Assembly (NCBI GenBank): GCA_951406725.2
Contig: OX597827.1
Location: forward strand, 47,554,001 to 47,618,000
Reading direction: 5' to 3'
DNA from: Octopus vulgaris
Lineage: Eukaryota
Length of the DNA stretch: 64,000 nt
Shown: piece by piece, positions 27,598 to 41,605 of the stretch
Numbering within the stretch: position 1 is the first letter of the stretch
How the letters are laid out: each line of letters opens with the position of its first letter
The notes under the pieces: model-generated
Database searches by the model: none
What the model was told of the DNA's origin: nothing
What the model saw: the letters and a program-made list of their open reading frames with translations, nothing else
Made by a program: the position numbers and the translations under genes

Positions 27598-28172
27598 GTG
27601 TCATTAAAAGCGTTTAATCCCTGATATGTTTAATGTGACACTTGGCTCTGACAGGTATATGTCATCAATATAATAGAGGATATAAGGATATAATTGAAGA
27701 TATATTTCCCTTGACACACTTAGGAAAGCCAAACAAACAGCATAAGGCTCACACATTCACAAGATATATATATATAAAGATAGAGAGAGAGAGAGAGGGA
27801 GAGAGAGAGTGAGAGAGGGAATGTAAGGGAATGATAGGGAGAGAGGAAATAGAGGGTGGGAGATGTACGTGCATCTATATCTATCATCTATCTATAAATC
27901 TATTGTGTATATATATATATGTTTGCGGGTGTATGTGAGTGAGTGTGTGTCTGTATGTGTGTGCATGTGCGTGTGTGGGTGTATGGGTGTTCATAGATTT
28001 ACATAAACGTTAGCTGGAAGACTGAAGTACAAGGTAAGGTCGTCTAGACGGTTTAATAATAACTGAGCAATAAAGTGGCTATTGCTTTTAAATAAGTATT
28101 CTTCACATTCAGCCATGCACTTCACATTGACCACGTCTCCTTTAGCTTCTAACAATACATAGCTTTTCGTTG

Positions 28173-28228
<56 letters not shown>

Positions 28229-28287
28229 TAGTATGTATTTTGGCCAGTGTATATATGTATGTACATATATATATATAATAATTATAT

Positions 28288-28343
<56 letters not shown>

Positions 28344-28362
28344 GCATGTATGTATTGTGGCA

Positions 28363-28480
28363 GTGTCTATATTATTGTTGACTATGCGCGTGAATATATG
28401 TTTTAGAGTATGTGCGTGTGTGTCTATATAATTGTTGACTATGCGCGTGAATATATGTTTTAGAGTATGTGCGTGTGTGT
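28363..28480 (+). repeat. 57-bp tandem duplication
   Basis: gtgtctatat.attgttgactatgcgcgtgaatatatgttttagagtatgtgcgtgt x2. Confidence 0.9.
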
Positions 28481-29423
28481 GCTCGTCCATATGGACGCAA
28501 TTTTCCATTACACATTTTGTATTGGACATACGACTCTAATGCAATTTCATTTACTTTCAATTCCATTTCCCTTCATACAGGATATATTACTATGCATACA
28601 ACTACGTGTTGTGCTCTACGAGGAAGTGGGGCCTGATTTGTTTTATTTTCTGGCATATTGTTATGTTTGTTTAATGTATCTCGACCACGCTAACGTACCC
28701 TGTCGTCACAGGCAGACATTTTCGATTTGTGATTCTCGTTAATAATGCTTTTAAAACGGAGATAAAGAAATTCTGCCATAGAAGAAACACATCCATACAC
28801 ACACACACACACGCATACACGTATACGCATATATGGATATAAGGTAAATCAGATTCTTTTCATTTTACGAATTAATTTTGGCTGCAAGTTTTGGCACAAG
28901 GCCAGTAAATTTGGAGAAGGCGTCGAATCGAATACACAGCTGTTACTTATTTTACTGACCCCAAAAGGATGAAAGGCAGAGTGGACCACAGCGGAATTTG
29001 AACTCAAAACGTTAAGACGGACGAAACGCCGGCAAGCATGGCCCGGAGGGCTAACGATTTTCACAGATCACCACTATATTTCAGTTATTCATACTGGATT
29101 CAAATTTGGGGACATGGCCAGCAATATTTGTTGGAGCGGGTACGTCGATTACACTGACCCCAATGCTCAACTGTTACTCATTTTATCGATTTCAAAACGA
29201 TGAAATGCGAATTATACCTTCAAGGTATTTGAACTCAGAAAGTAAAGACGGACGAAATGCCGCTAAGCATTTCGCTATCGTGCTACCGATTCCACCAGCT
29301 TACCAACTTATTTTAAGAAATGATATTGAAATCAAAATTCAATTGCAAAATACCAATGTTAATCAAGTAATAATATTCATTTGTCAAAATTCAAACTTTG
29401 CACCTATTTTGTACCAGTTTGCC

Positions 29424-29823
29424 ACTCTTTTACTTGTTTCAGTCATTTGACTGTGGCCATGCTAGAGCATTGCCTTAAGTCGGGCAAATCGACCCCAGTA
29501 CTTATTCTTTGTATGCCTAGTACTTGTTCTATCGGTCTCTTTTGCCGAACGGCAAAGTTACGCGGAAGTAAACACTCCGGTATCGGTTGCCATGCGATGT
29601 AGGGGTGGGGTGGGATCAAACACAGACACACAAACGTATACACACACGTACATATATATACATATATACGACGGATCTTATTTCAGTTTCCGTCTATAAA
29701 ATCCACTCACAAGGCTTTGATCGACACGAGGCTATAGTAGAGACACTTGCCCAAGGTGCAACGCAGTGGGACTGAACCCGGAACCATGTGGTTGGTAAGC
29801 AAGCTACTCACCAAACAGCCACT
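29424..29823 (-). mobile_element. Full SINE family C
   Basis: Matches 63241-63650 over its full length. Confidence 0.88.
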
Positions 29824-29962
29824 AAACAATTAGTATTCCGAAATTCTCTCAGGGTATTATTTAAAAAGAAAAAAAAAGAATGTCATTAACAGTAATATCT
29901 TTTCTTTTCAATATAAATATAATAAATATAATATAATGTAATATAAACATAATAAGTATGTA

Positions 29963-31165
29963 TTAGGTTGTCAAGAATGTTCTTGGGGTTTTTAACCTTT
30001 AAATTCAGATGCACATATCTCGAAATAAGCACCACCAGAATCAACACACTTTTGTCAACGCGAAGCAAGTATATTTATGCCAGTTTCGCAAAAATCCTGC
30101 GTTCTGGTGGCGTCTTTGTTTTGGCATCGTCTTGGTTTTGAAGCAGTTTTCGCGCAGGAACTTGTTGAGATTCTTGAAAAAGTGGTCGTCGGTAGATGAG
30201 AGGTCTGGTGAGTATGGCGGATGAGGCAGAGTTCCGTAGCCCAATTCGTTCAACTGCTGCAGAATCAGTTGTGCAATATGCGGCCGAGCGTTGCGGTGGA
30301 GAAGAACTGGTCCTCTTTTATTGGCCAGTGCTGGCTGTCGTTGTTGGAGTTTCTCATGCATTTCATCCATTTGCTGCCAGTACTTCTCCAAAGTACTGGA
30401 TCCAAAAAGCTGTAATGGATGAGACATGGCGTGGACCCTCAAACAGTCCCAATGACCTTCTTTTGGTGCAACTTTGGCTTCGGGAAGTGTCGTGGAACTT
30501 CGTCGGTGTCTAATCACTGAGCTGAGCGTCGCCGGTTGTCGTAAAGATGCCACTTTTCCTCGCAAGTCACAATCCGGTCGTTCTCGTTGCGTAAAAGAAG
30601 GGAAGACGACACTTCAGAACAGCGTTTTTTTTTGGTTGTCGTTCAATTCGTACGCCACCCATTTCTCAAGTATTTTTGTTTTTCCAATCTCTTTTAAGTG
30701 ATTGGAAATTGTCGTACAAGTTATGTCTAATTGATAAGCAAGATCTCGAACAGTTGTGCGTGGATTGGCTTCCACTAAGTCTCTTTGTTGATCGTTGCCA
30801 ACATCCATTGGACGATCACTGCGCTTATTATCTTCAAGACTCTCGTGACTTCTACGAATGTTCTTGAACCACCATTGTACCGTACGTTCATTAGGGGTTC
30901 CTGGGCCAAATGCATCGTTGATATCCCGAGCTATTTCAGCGGCTTTTCGGCCAAGTTTGAACTGGAATAGGAAAACTGTGCGAATTTGCTTTTCATCTAT
31001 GTTGTATTCAAAGTTCCGGAAAAAGAGTAACATGTTTAGGTAGAGCGTAAAACGGGCTTTAAAATGATATATAAAGTCAAAGTAATTTAACGAACATTAA
31101 TTTGAAAATATATCATTTTAAACCAAAATTAAAAATTCCCCCCAAGTATTTTCTCGATATCCTAA
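29963..31165 (-). mobile_element. Mariner transposon, Hsmar1/cecropia-like, decayed
   Basis: Imperfect TIRs ttaggttgtcaagaatgttcttgggg / ccccaagtattttctcgatatcctaa flanked by TA; transposase pieces inside. Confidence 0.88.
30041..31000 (-). pseudogene. Frameshifted mariner transposase
   Basis: IRTVFLFQFKLGRKAAEIARDINDAFGPGTPNERTVQWWF, WVAYEL, LLHRNARPH, LPHPPYSPDLSSTD. Confidence 0.9.
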
Positions 31166-32949
31166 TAACTTGCACTTCACTTTGTGACCTTTCGACCGAA
31201 AAATGCTTTAGGAATATTTTTTACCGTTATTTGAAACGACCAAATAAATGAAATTGTTCACAACGAAATTACGCCTTCACAAAGGCGTTCTGTGTTACAA
31301 GTACCTGTTATATCACTCTTAAGTCAGGAGTGCAAATAATCCCTTTCTACTATAGGCTCAAGGCCTGAAATTTTGGGGGATGGGAGTTGTCGATTACATC
31401 TTTCACTGGTACATAATTTATCGACTCCGAAAAGATGAAAGGCGAAGTCGATCCCGGCGAAGGTTAAACGCAGAAATTTGCAGCAGCAGAAATACGTTAA
31501 GCACTTAGCCTGGCATGCTAACGAATATGCCAGCTAGCCGCCTTTGTCAGGAAGGCAAATGATACCGAAACATGACCAGTATTACATTGTCCCTGTGCTT
31601 AACGTGTCACATATTAGGCCATATAGTCACTTATAATAACTTGCATCCAATTTACATTTCGGGTTCTGTTTCATTATCTTTGCAAAATGTTCCTAAATCT
31701 TATAAAATTTCTTTCTATTACAGGTTGTAATGCCACAGACGACAAATTGTTCTGATCTGAGATGTTATTTCTGTTGTCATGTAGTTCCTTTAATATTTTC
31801 ACAGTTTGAGTACACAAACTTTTAGCATTATTCTCCACACATGTCAGTCGTAAGTTACCTTAACGCACTCCGAGGCTGTCATCAGAAATTACGTCTCAGT
31901 AATACCGAGTCATTCTTTTTTAAGTCGCTCAATTATTTTATTCCACTCTGATATTCCTTTCCTTTATATTTGCAAGTGTCACAGTCGTATTCCAGATACG
32001 TCCATGGCAATTCATTTTTCTTCGTCTTTCATTGGTATATGAATTATTTGTTTCTCACTTCTCGACAAATGCATTAAATTCTTGTAAAACCAGCAGTTTG
32101 GTTCGTTCGTCCTTCCATGCAATGAGAAAATTCAGCCATAAAATCTCAATTCGAACGCTAATAATTTCATTTCAATTTTGGTTCCTCAGAAAATTGCACG
32201 GACTATTTTTACTGAAATCCATACCAATTATACGAAAGATCATCGTTATTGCTATTGCTGTCAAATGTCCCCAGGTCTAAACAAGCACAAACGTGGCGTC
32301 TAAGAATTTTGAGCTCGTACAACTTTCTCTCTAGAGAAATATCTGCGCAGAACATGCCTTATAAATCCTTTGCTAAAAATCGCATTTTGACAGTAATTTC
32401 GTTGCTATTTCTAGTACATCTATTTACCATTACACAGTCTCATGTTGGTTTAGGGATTTCTTCTTGCATTAATTAAGCACATTAAAAACGGAAATTAGAT
32501 ATTTATTATAAACGCATTTAATCTAAATAAAAACTAATAAACAATGGTCTTTACTGTCCATTATTTAATCTTAAAATTGCATATTTTCGTTTTCTCAATA
32601 ACAATTGAAAAGTATCAAAAGGCTGAAAGCTGTTACACATGTATGAACACAAACTTACATACATACATATCTATGTGTGTGTGTATATATATAAGTATGC
32701 ATGGATATAGGTATGTATGCATATGTATAATCATTTATAAATCTATCATAAAATGCGAATCGTGCTAAAAGAAACAAAATGCTATTGATCTAAGAAATCT
32801 GAAATAATGTTTGAATAGAAATAATCTAAATGCAGATAGACATCACATTTTGACGACATGATGAGGCAAGGGGAATGAACGGTAATAATTGAATATAAAA
32901 TGGAGAACTGGGTTTTTCTCTCTTCAATCTAAAATTGGAGATTTCAAGA

Positions 32950-32992
<43 letters not shown>

Positions 32993-33091
32993 TCATACAT
33001 ATATATACATGTACATACATAAACATATACACATCTATTTAAGCATGTATGTATATTCATACATATATGTATATGTATATGTATGTATATA

Positions 33092-33137
<46 letters not shown>

Positions 33138-33218
33138 TGTATTTATATGTGCACACATAATGTTTTATAATGTATATAAACACACACACACACATATATA
33201 TATATGTGCATGTAAGAA

Positions 33219-33285
<67 letters not shown>

Positions 33286-34148
33286 GTATAGATCACGTTT
33301 CGTTTAGCCTTGTTTTAATTTATTGAAACCTTCCTATGGCTTTCGTTGAAAAATGTGTAACTAAAGGATGGGAGAATATATGTTAATATTCACAGCACAT
33401 CGTATTATTTTTCATCTCAAATATAAATATAATTGAATTTAGCTGAAGATATAATGCGTTTAGAAAAAGGTTTCTAGAAGTAAATTTCAGAAGGTAATTC
33501 TATTAGCCATAAGTCAATTTTATATGTCACACACCCACAAACATGTATACTCCTAAAAACAAACACATATGTATACACAAAGACCTGTAAAGAAACATGA
33601 ATATCCATGTATATACATGTACGTACATATATATATACACACACAGATATACATACACACAGACACTCGCAATTAGGCGCACCTCTACATATTTGTCTAT
33701 AGGCTCATATATATTTATGATATATATGCTTATTGCGAATGCTTCTAAGTATATACGGTTATTTACTTGCATGTGTAAGTATATATGATTACATCTTTCC
33801 GTATACTAATCCATACAGACGCAATTTTCTATTAAGCATATGGTATTGGACGCATGATTCTAATGTAATTTCAGTCCTTTATCTTCAATTTCTTTTACCT
33901 TCATACAAGATTTAATTTGGTTGCCGTTTTGGGCCTGTGTAAGCAACATATACATTACTTGTGATATGCCTTCGTTGTTACTATGCGAAACACATTTTTT
34001 TTCTGTGTATTCTCTCCTGCAGTTTTTGTGTTTAATGCGTTTCGTGAAAGTTATTGTTCCCTATCTGGGACGATTGAAATTTTTCATTCACCATATTTTT
34101 CCTATTGCTAACATTATATATACATGTATACACATATCAGCTCCACAC

Positions 34149-34192
<44 letters not shown>

Positions 34193-34250
34193 GTGTATGT
34201 ATATATACATATACATATATGTATGAATAGATATATACATACATATATAA

Positions 34251-34291
<41 letters not shown>

Positions 34292-34351
34292 TATTTATGA
34301 AAAATGTATTTACGTGCATATGTGTATGTATATGTATGTATCCGTCTGTAC

Positions 34352-34403
<52 letters not shown>

Positions 34404-35094
34404 CTGTGAGTGTTTATGTTCGAGTGTACGTGTTTGTTTTTTGTGTGTGTTGGTGTATGCTGGCCTTCCTGATGCAATGCTCGCTGGGATTATTTATCTC
34501 CACATTTTTTGCTCCAAGAATATATTCCATTTAAGATGATAATGTATGGTTTTCGTCTTCAACGACGAAAAGTCTGAGCCCAAAGTAGCTTTATTCCCTT
34601 CATATCTATTCTTAGAGGAATGCCTGTTACTATAAAATCCGGATAACATGAAGCAATGTAAACTCTCGAATTGCTTTTTGTGATGTACATCGGTACACTA
34701 AATCGTTTGTTAAAAATATAGATTCTAGAGGGCTATTTTCCGCATCACTTAAGTGTAAAGAGCTGGTATTTTCCCCGCTATTGAATTTATCTGGTTTAGA
34801 CGTGTTAAACTAAGGTCGAACGTGGTCGATTTCTGGGTAGTGATATGAGAAAAGTTTATGGTATTTTTATAAAAATCCTCCTGACCTTTATAATGTATAT
34901 TCGAGAGATTTTGAAACTTGTTTTTGGTGAAGGAGTTATAATTGTCCTAGTTTGTTATAATTTTAGGACATTATCACTAGCTAGCTACTAAGGTGGCCTG
35001 CAGAATGTTGTTACTCCAAATCGAAGGTGACGATTTTAACAGCACTTTGACTACGCCCTATTAAACACTACTTGTCATAACTGAATACTTTGCA

Positions 35095-35640
35095 GAATGC
35101 AGTTATGACGTGACGACAGTTTGGTGGTTGGGTATGCAATACAGTTTTCTGTTGAATTGGGCAAAGGTGCAACAGAAATTTATGAAACACTCCAGAATGA
35201 TTATGGTTTAACTCCTATAAGGCGAGCGTCTGTTTTACCCTGGCCCAAAATGCTGGGCAAAGCAAGTCCACAGTCCACCAGGAAGCTCATGGTGGTACCC
35301 GTTTTCGACAGCAGGGGCATCATCTATATCCACTCGGTTCAATCAACAAAGAGTACTTTGTGGAGGTGTTGAGGGAGTTCAGGGAATGATTTCGCTTCGA
35401 AAGCCCAGAGCACCAGTCCCGGGACAATGTGGCAGGTTACAATTGACCAAGAAGGACATTAAAGCAGTCCTTCAAACTTGCTACAGTCCAGACCCTGCTG
35501 CTTGGTGTTTTCCCAAGCTAAGGGAAAACGTTAAAACATCTATGACAAGGGTCTACAAAGGTTTCCTTTGAAGGAAACCCATAGGGTCGTTACAAAATGG
35601 CTGGAACGCTAAAACAAGTGCATTAGGGCGACCAACTTTG
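35095..35640 (+). pseudogene. Highly decayed, deleted mariner remnant
   Basis: YAIQFSVELGKGATEIYETLQNDYG, KLMVVPVFDSRGII, YSPD..FPKLR fragments. Confidence 0.65.
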
Positions 35641-36323
35641 AAATCGATTAGAGCTTTAAACTTCGATGAAATTAATGTTTCTGGGAATGCAACTTCTATC
35701 GTTTTTGAGAAAATGCTTTTTTAACTGATTCTATGATGTGTTATTTAATGGTGCAGGGATAATTTTATCGAACACAGGTGAAAACAGGTAAATTTTCTTT
35801 ATCTGTTTTGCTTTAACTAGAGGAGTTAGAATTAGAAGAGTGAAAGTGCGCTCTATACAAATTCTGTGAATTAGCTGAAATTTAGGAAAGTTTAAGAGAT
35901 ATTTGATAACTTATTTTCAAACACACATCCTGAGTGCTTAGAATGTCTATGCTCTAATTAAATATCTTCTGATATGTAAGTCTATATAGGAAATTAGAAA
36001 CACGGATAGTAATAATAAGTGTATTTCAATTTTATGAACTTGGCCTATTATTCAGAAACACGGTCCATAGAACAAGTTGCTGAACATTTTACATTACAAT
36101 CTTTTGTTCTGAAGCCAACATCCATAATTATGCTTAAGTGATCGTCGTCTTCGTATAGGATGTTCATGCTTCACGGGGGCAGCCTTTCAAATTTTATTGG
36201 ATATATTAGCCAACGTTTCACTGTTTTTCTTGAGATTTGAGTACCCATATCATTGGCGTCAAGGAGCGAAAACAAACCGATTTGAGTATCATCGGATTAG
36301 AAAAGATTATTGGAAGTAGTAAG

Positions 36324-36715
36324 ACAGTGAGCTGTCAGAATCTTTAGCACGCCGTGCGAAATACTTAGCGGTGTTACGTTCTGTGTTCAAATTCTGCTGA
36401 GGTCGACTTTGCATTTCATCCTTTCGTGGTCGATAAATTAAGCACCAGTTGCGTACTGGATCGATCTAATTTACTGCCCCCCCTCCCCAAGAAATTCTGT
36501 GCCTTGTGTCTAGAGTAGAAAAGAATCGTTAGCACGGCGAGCAAAACGTTTAGCGGCATTCGGCCTGTCATTACGTTCTGAGTTCAAATTCTGCCGAGGT
36601 CGACTTTGCCTTTCAACGTTTCGGAGTCAATAAATTAAGTAGCAGTGGAGAAATGAGGTCGAATTAGTCGACTAATCACCTTCCCCCAAATTTCAGGCGT
36701 TTTACATTTGGTAGT
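36324..36715 (+). mobile_element. Two adjacent SINE family A copies
   Basis: gttcaaattctgc.gaggtcgactttgc core twice. Confidence 0.75.
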
Positions 36716-37004
36716 AAACATTATTATTGTAAATAGTAACAGCAGCTGAATTAGGAGTCGTAGTTGAAGTAATAGTAATAAAAGTGTTATTATGTTGATG
36801 TGAAATGTGATATGATTAGCGGTAAAAAAAATCTAATAAACGCGTAAATATAAACTACGAAATGAAAAAAAAAAAACCCAGTAAAGCAAATCTAAAAGTA
36901 TCGAGAAAGGAAAAACTAATAATCTGAGTTGCATTGAGCAAAATTCTATGATTGAGAAATTTTTTTATCAGTGAACTGAATAAGTGTAAGCTAAAAGACC
37001 AGAG

Positions 37005-37790
37005 GTGGAGGCGCGTCGCTTAGTGGTTAGGGTGTTTGTAAGATAGTGGTTTCGATTCCTGGATCGGGCGACGTGCTGTCTCTTTGAGCAAAACACTTCA
37101 TTTCACGTTGCTCCAGCCCACTCAGCTGGCAAAAATGAGTAACGCTGCAATGGACTGGCGTCCCATCCAGCTGGGGAACACATACGCCATAGAAACCGCC
37201 ATAGAAACCATGAGCCTGGCTAGGCTTTAAAAGGGCGCATTTGTGGAGGCGCGTGGCTTAGTGGTTAGGGTGTCAGCATCATGATCGTAACATTTTGGTT
37301 TCGATTCCTGGACCGGGCGACGCGTTGTGTTCTTGAGCAAAACACTTCATTTCAAGTTGCTCCAGTCCACTCAGCTGGCAAAAATGAGTAACGCTGTGAT
37401 GGACTGGTGTCGTCCCGTCCAGGTGGGGAACACATACGCCATAGAAACCGGGAAACCGGTCCCATGAGTCTGGCTAGGCTTTAAAAGGGCGCGAGAAACG
37501 ACCAGAGAGAAACAAAATAAGTTAATGAATAATACAATATATATGGGTGGAGGCGCGTGGCTCAGTGCTGTTGGACTCACGATCGTAAGACTGTGGTTTC
37601 AATTCCTGGACCGGGCAACGCGTTGTGTTCTTGAGCAGAACACTTCATTTGACGTTGCTCCTGTCCACTCAGCTGGCAAAAATGATAAATCCTGTGACGA
37701 ACCGGCATCCCATCCAGGGTGGGGAATTTATAGGCCATGGAGACCATAGAAACCGGCCTTATGAGTTTGTATGACTCGGAAAGGAACTTT
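37005..37790 (+). mobile_element. Three tRNA-derived SINE B-type copies (37005-37242, 37243-37492, 37547-37790)
   Basis: gtggaggcgcgtggcttagtggttag (A box)..ggtttcgattcc (B box) three times; first two directly head-to-tail. Confidence 0.9.
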
Positions 37791-38825
37791 ACTACAATTT
37801 ATACGCTGAGAAACAGCGCGAGGATAGCTTAGTTTTAAAATAACAGCCGTGATTTTTTGTCTACTATAGGCTCAAGGCCCGACGTTTTGTGGAAAGAGGC
37901 TAGCCGATTATGTGGACTCCAGTTTCCAACTCGTACTTACTTTATCGATGACTAAAGGACGAAGGGCAACGTCGAAGAAGCAATGTCGACTTCGGCGGAA
38001 ATTGTCTCAGGATGTAAAGACGGAAGAAATGCAGTAAGCATTTGTCCGACCACATAACGATTGAGCTTGCTCTCTTTATTTCTAATATAGACGCACAGAA
38101 ATTCGAGGAGAGATTGCTAGTCGATCCCAGTAAATGCAGCACTATAACGCACCGACCCCGGAAGTTTGAAAGACAAAGTTAACCACGGTATAATTCGAAC
38201 TTTGACTGTAAGGACCCGGAGTAAATACCGTGAAACATGTTTCCGACGTTCTGTTGGGCCTACCAGTGCCGATACATCATTCTAAGGATAACAACAATAA
38301 TTATTTTCTGCTATAAGGAAAAGCCCAGTGTACAGCTGGTCTTTATTTCATCTACATAGAATAAATTAAAGACAAACTCGGCCTCGGAGGAATTTGAACC
38401 GAGAATGCGTGGGACGAAATGGCGAGAAGCATTACTCTAACGATTCTATCAGCTCGTCGCCTCAAGAATTACTATGAGAAAAATTAGCATGGAATTCAAT
38501 CACCATGCGCATTGAGTTTAAGTGTCTTACTTGTTTACTGAAACTGATTAATATTTATTACCGAGAAAAAAATTAGTAGAAATGAAAAGAAGATAATTGA
38601 TCTGATGTATGTGCGGTGGAAATTACGTACATTGGAGGTAAATGTGCATCAAACGTCTATCTTTATATCATTCTCACCACAGTTTATTTCCATTTCTCGG
38701 AAAGTTCCCTCGCTATAAAACTACCAATCAGTCAACTTAAACAGCTTTGACATGCTTACGATAAAGTCAAAGAAAATAATGTTCAAATCGTATAAATAAG
38801 ATTATATTGTCATTATTATTATATA

Positions 38826-39360
38826 AGGTAGCGAAATGCTTAGCAGCATTTAGTCCGTCTTTACGTTCCGAGTTCAAATTCTGCCGAGGTGGGCTTTGTC
38901 TTCAATCATTTCATGGTAGATAAATTAAATTAAGTACCAATGAGTACTGGGTGGATAAAATAAGTACCAGCTGATTACTAGGGTCGATGTAATCGATTAC
39001 TCACCAACCGCCACATTTCAGGCCTATAATAGAAAGGATTTATTCTTCTTCTTCTTCTTCTTCTTCCGTATTTCGTCTGCCTCCACGTTATGAGGTCAAA
39101 TTCCGCCGAGGTCCACTTCACCTTTCATCCTTTCGGGGTAGATTAAATAGGTACCATTTACGCACTGGGGTCGATTTAATCGACTTAATAAGTTTGTCTG
39201 TCCTTGTTTGTCCTCTCTCTGTTAAGCCCCTTGTGGGTAGTAAAGAAATAGGCATTTCGTCTGCCACTACGTTCTGAGTTCAAGTTCCGCCGGGTTTGAC
39301 TTTGCCTTTCATCCTGCACTCTTAAATTTCGGGCCATGTGCCACTAGTGGAAAGGATTAT
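38826..39360 (+). mobile_element. Cluster of SINE family A copies and fragments
   Basis: Repeated gttcaaattccgccgagg core; tail gccccttgtgggtagtaaagaaata at 39226-39250. Confidence 0.8.
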
Positions 39361-39377
39361 TATTACTATAAATAGTG

Positions 39378-40593
39378 ATTTCTTTATTAAGATTATATAA
39401 TCTTATACATAGAATTACAAATACATAACAAACATGCAAAACAAATAATTAAGAGGTTCGCTATTTAAAAATTTTTTTTTTTTTATAACATTTGTATTAA
39501 AAATTCGTTTTTTTAAATTGTCCTTTATATAACCAGTAGCATCTTTATCACAGTTCAAACCCCGGCAATTTACAAGCCCCGCAGCTTTTATTTCCTCTCC
39601 TCCCTCCATAGTTAAGCTGGGTTTCTAACACCCACCTTTCTTTCCACTTCCTTCCATCTTTTCTCATACACGCCCCGTGGTAAGCTCCTCTTCTCCAGCC
39701 CCATTTTGCTCTTCAGATGATATCTGAAGTAAGTGAGCAAGCCGGGGCCGGAGACAAAGGTTCCTATCGCGGCTCCTTCCATTCTCGTTCTCCACATGCA
39801 TTCTTTTACTACTGCAACCGTACAGTGAAAACATGCCTCACCTTCCTTCGAGAGTCCAGTTGGCGGTATCATCTTAATCATAGACTCAGCCGACAGCTGT
39901 ACTCGTCCTAGATGCGATAACACGTGTTCTGCGTAACTTATCAAGTCTGACAACTTCCGACAGTGTACAAAGGCGTGTTGAACGGTTTCATCGTCCAACT
40001 CGCACCTTGGACACGTCGGTGGCACTGGAATTCCGTGCCGCGATAACTTCTCGCGAACAGGTAGAGCGTTCCTATAACACTGCCAGGCCAGGGATCTTTG
40101 GAAATTATCCAAGTACCCCGTCCTGAAAGTCTTTTTAAACAGGTTGGTAAGCTGGTCTTCATCAAACCCCAGAGCCCCTCCTAGGACGTCGTCGTTTTTT
40201 TCCTCTACCAGCCTTCTATAAAATACCGAGGTGGTATTTCCGCAGCCGGCCTTGCCCGCCTTGTGGATCAGCGTGAGTGCCTGTCGGCACTCCCTTTGCC
40301 ACAAAGTCAGTTTCCATCTTTTGATGCGACCGGGTTTAAAATCCGTTAAGGAGGCCAGTCTCGGGAAAAATTTCCCTGCCAGCGGACTCCACACCTTATC
40401 ACCCTCCAGGTGGTGCCAGAGATGCTTCAGCCTCAACGCATGTCTGCGCATCATCAGCCAAGGCATTCCTAACCCACCCTTTAACGGTTCCTGGCAGCAA
40501 ACGGAGCGCCTCACAAGTGGCTTTCCTCCCTTCCACAAAAAGCGGAAAAGGATTCGCTCCAACTTGTTAAGCCATGAACCGGGGCAAGGGACA
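39378..40593 (-). mobile_element. 5'-truncated L1/Tx1-clade non-LTR retrotransposon
   Basis: ORF2 C-terminal part plus 3' UTR ending aataaagagaaat; homology stops abruptly near 40593. Confidence 0.85.
39612..40562 (-). CDS. C-terminal third of L1/Tx1 ORF2 (post-RT region with zf-RVT cysteine motif), no true start
   Basis: ILFRFLWKGGKPLVRR..CCQ...GGLGMP, LAWQCYRNALPV, CPRCELDDETVQHAFVHC (CX2C..H....C). Confidence 0.85.
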   Translation of the reverse strand: MERILFRFLWKGGKPLVRRSVCCQEPLKGGLGMPWLMMRRHALRLKHLWHHLEGDKVWSPLAGKFFPRLASLTDFKPGRIKRWKLTLWQRECRQALTLIHKAGKAGCGNTTSVFYRRLVEEKNDDVLGGALGFDEDQLTNLFKKTFRTGYLDNFQRSLAWQCYRNALPVREKLSRHGIPVPPTCPRCELDDETVQHAFVHCRKLSDLISYAEHVLSHLGRVQLSAESMIKMIPPTGLSKEGEACFHCTVAVVKECMWRTRMEGAAIGTFVSGPGLLTYFRYHLKSKMGLEKRSLPRGVYEKRWKEVERKVGVRNPA

Positions 40594-41605
40594 TATGTTC
40601 ACATTCTTTGGCCATTAAGGGTGACGATATTTCATCTGCGTTTGTTCTTCGTCTTATACGTTCCCTAGAAACACTCCAGCGCGTTTGCTGCGAGTTTAGT
40701 TACCGTCAACGCGATAGTGCAACAGGCGGTTCTAGACTACGTGTTACTAGCAGTCCTTACAAAGGGGCTGGCATAGTCTCTGTATTTGGAATACCAGATA
40801 CCACAAGCAAAAATAATTTATCAGTTAATGGATTATTCAGTTTAAATATATTTTTATGAAGTTGAATCTAAGAGATTGCTTTTTGTCTTCTTCAAGAGAA
40901 ATTTTCTAAAATGGAAATGAGTTATGCATAGTTTAGAATACATCGCTGATATTATACAAACGGAATGTGCACAGAAAATTTTAATGAACGTTTTATAGGA
41001 AATACACACAAGATGATATGTGCTTCTTGGAGAAGAGGGGAAAAGGAGAGAGATGGTAATGAAATAAAGTAAATATTGGAGAAAAAATACAGCAATTTCG
41101 ATATGAGAATAGCAAACAATATTGAAAAGTCAACATCAGCGCTTTTAGAATCATTTGTGTAAGGGCCATAACGTTTTTAGACACGTTAACATTCCTTAAT
41201 TAAGTAAGGAATGAATTCATATTGCATTCATTGTGAGGACGGATTATTTGATTTAAGTTTATGAATAGCATTAAGTAGATTAAGCTGAAAAGAAAATGAA
41301 ACTGTATTGAGTAATTTAAATATGAATGCAGATATCTATTGGAGAATTTTGATTCGTCGAAATATCAAAAATAGATAAATATTATTTAAAAACGGAAGGT
41401 TACCTAAAAGTGTTAGCTACAGAAATATGTGCAAGGCTGTATAATGGAAGGTTTCTTATGAGAGATAACGGTAAAAAAGAACAAAAAGCGTTGTTGTTGT
41501 TGTGGAAATTCTGAACGGCGTTGACGCGGTTTCGCGTTTCGCTCGTTCAGCGCGTTACACTTTTTCTGTTTTGGAGGCCGTTCTCGGTCTGTCAGACAGA
41601 AGGAG

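Noticed and set aside
31710-32300. Good acceptor ttctttctattacag and coding-like composition
   Set aside because: All frames checked hit stops quickly; no homology recognisable
37005-37080. Genuine tRNA genes
   Set aside because: tRNA-like heads run into SINE bodies, lack a closing acceptor stem and are diverged multi-copy repeats
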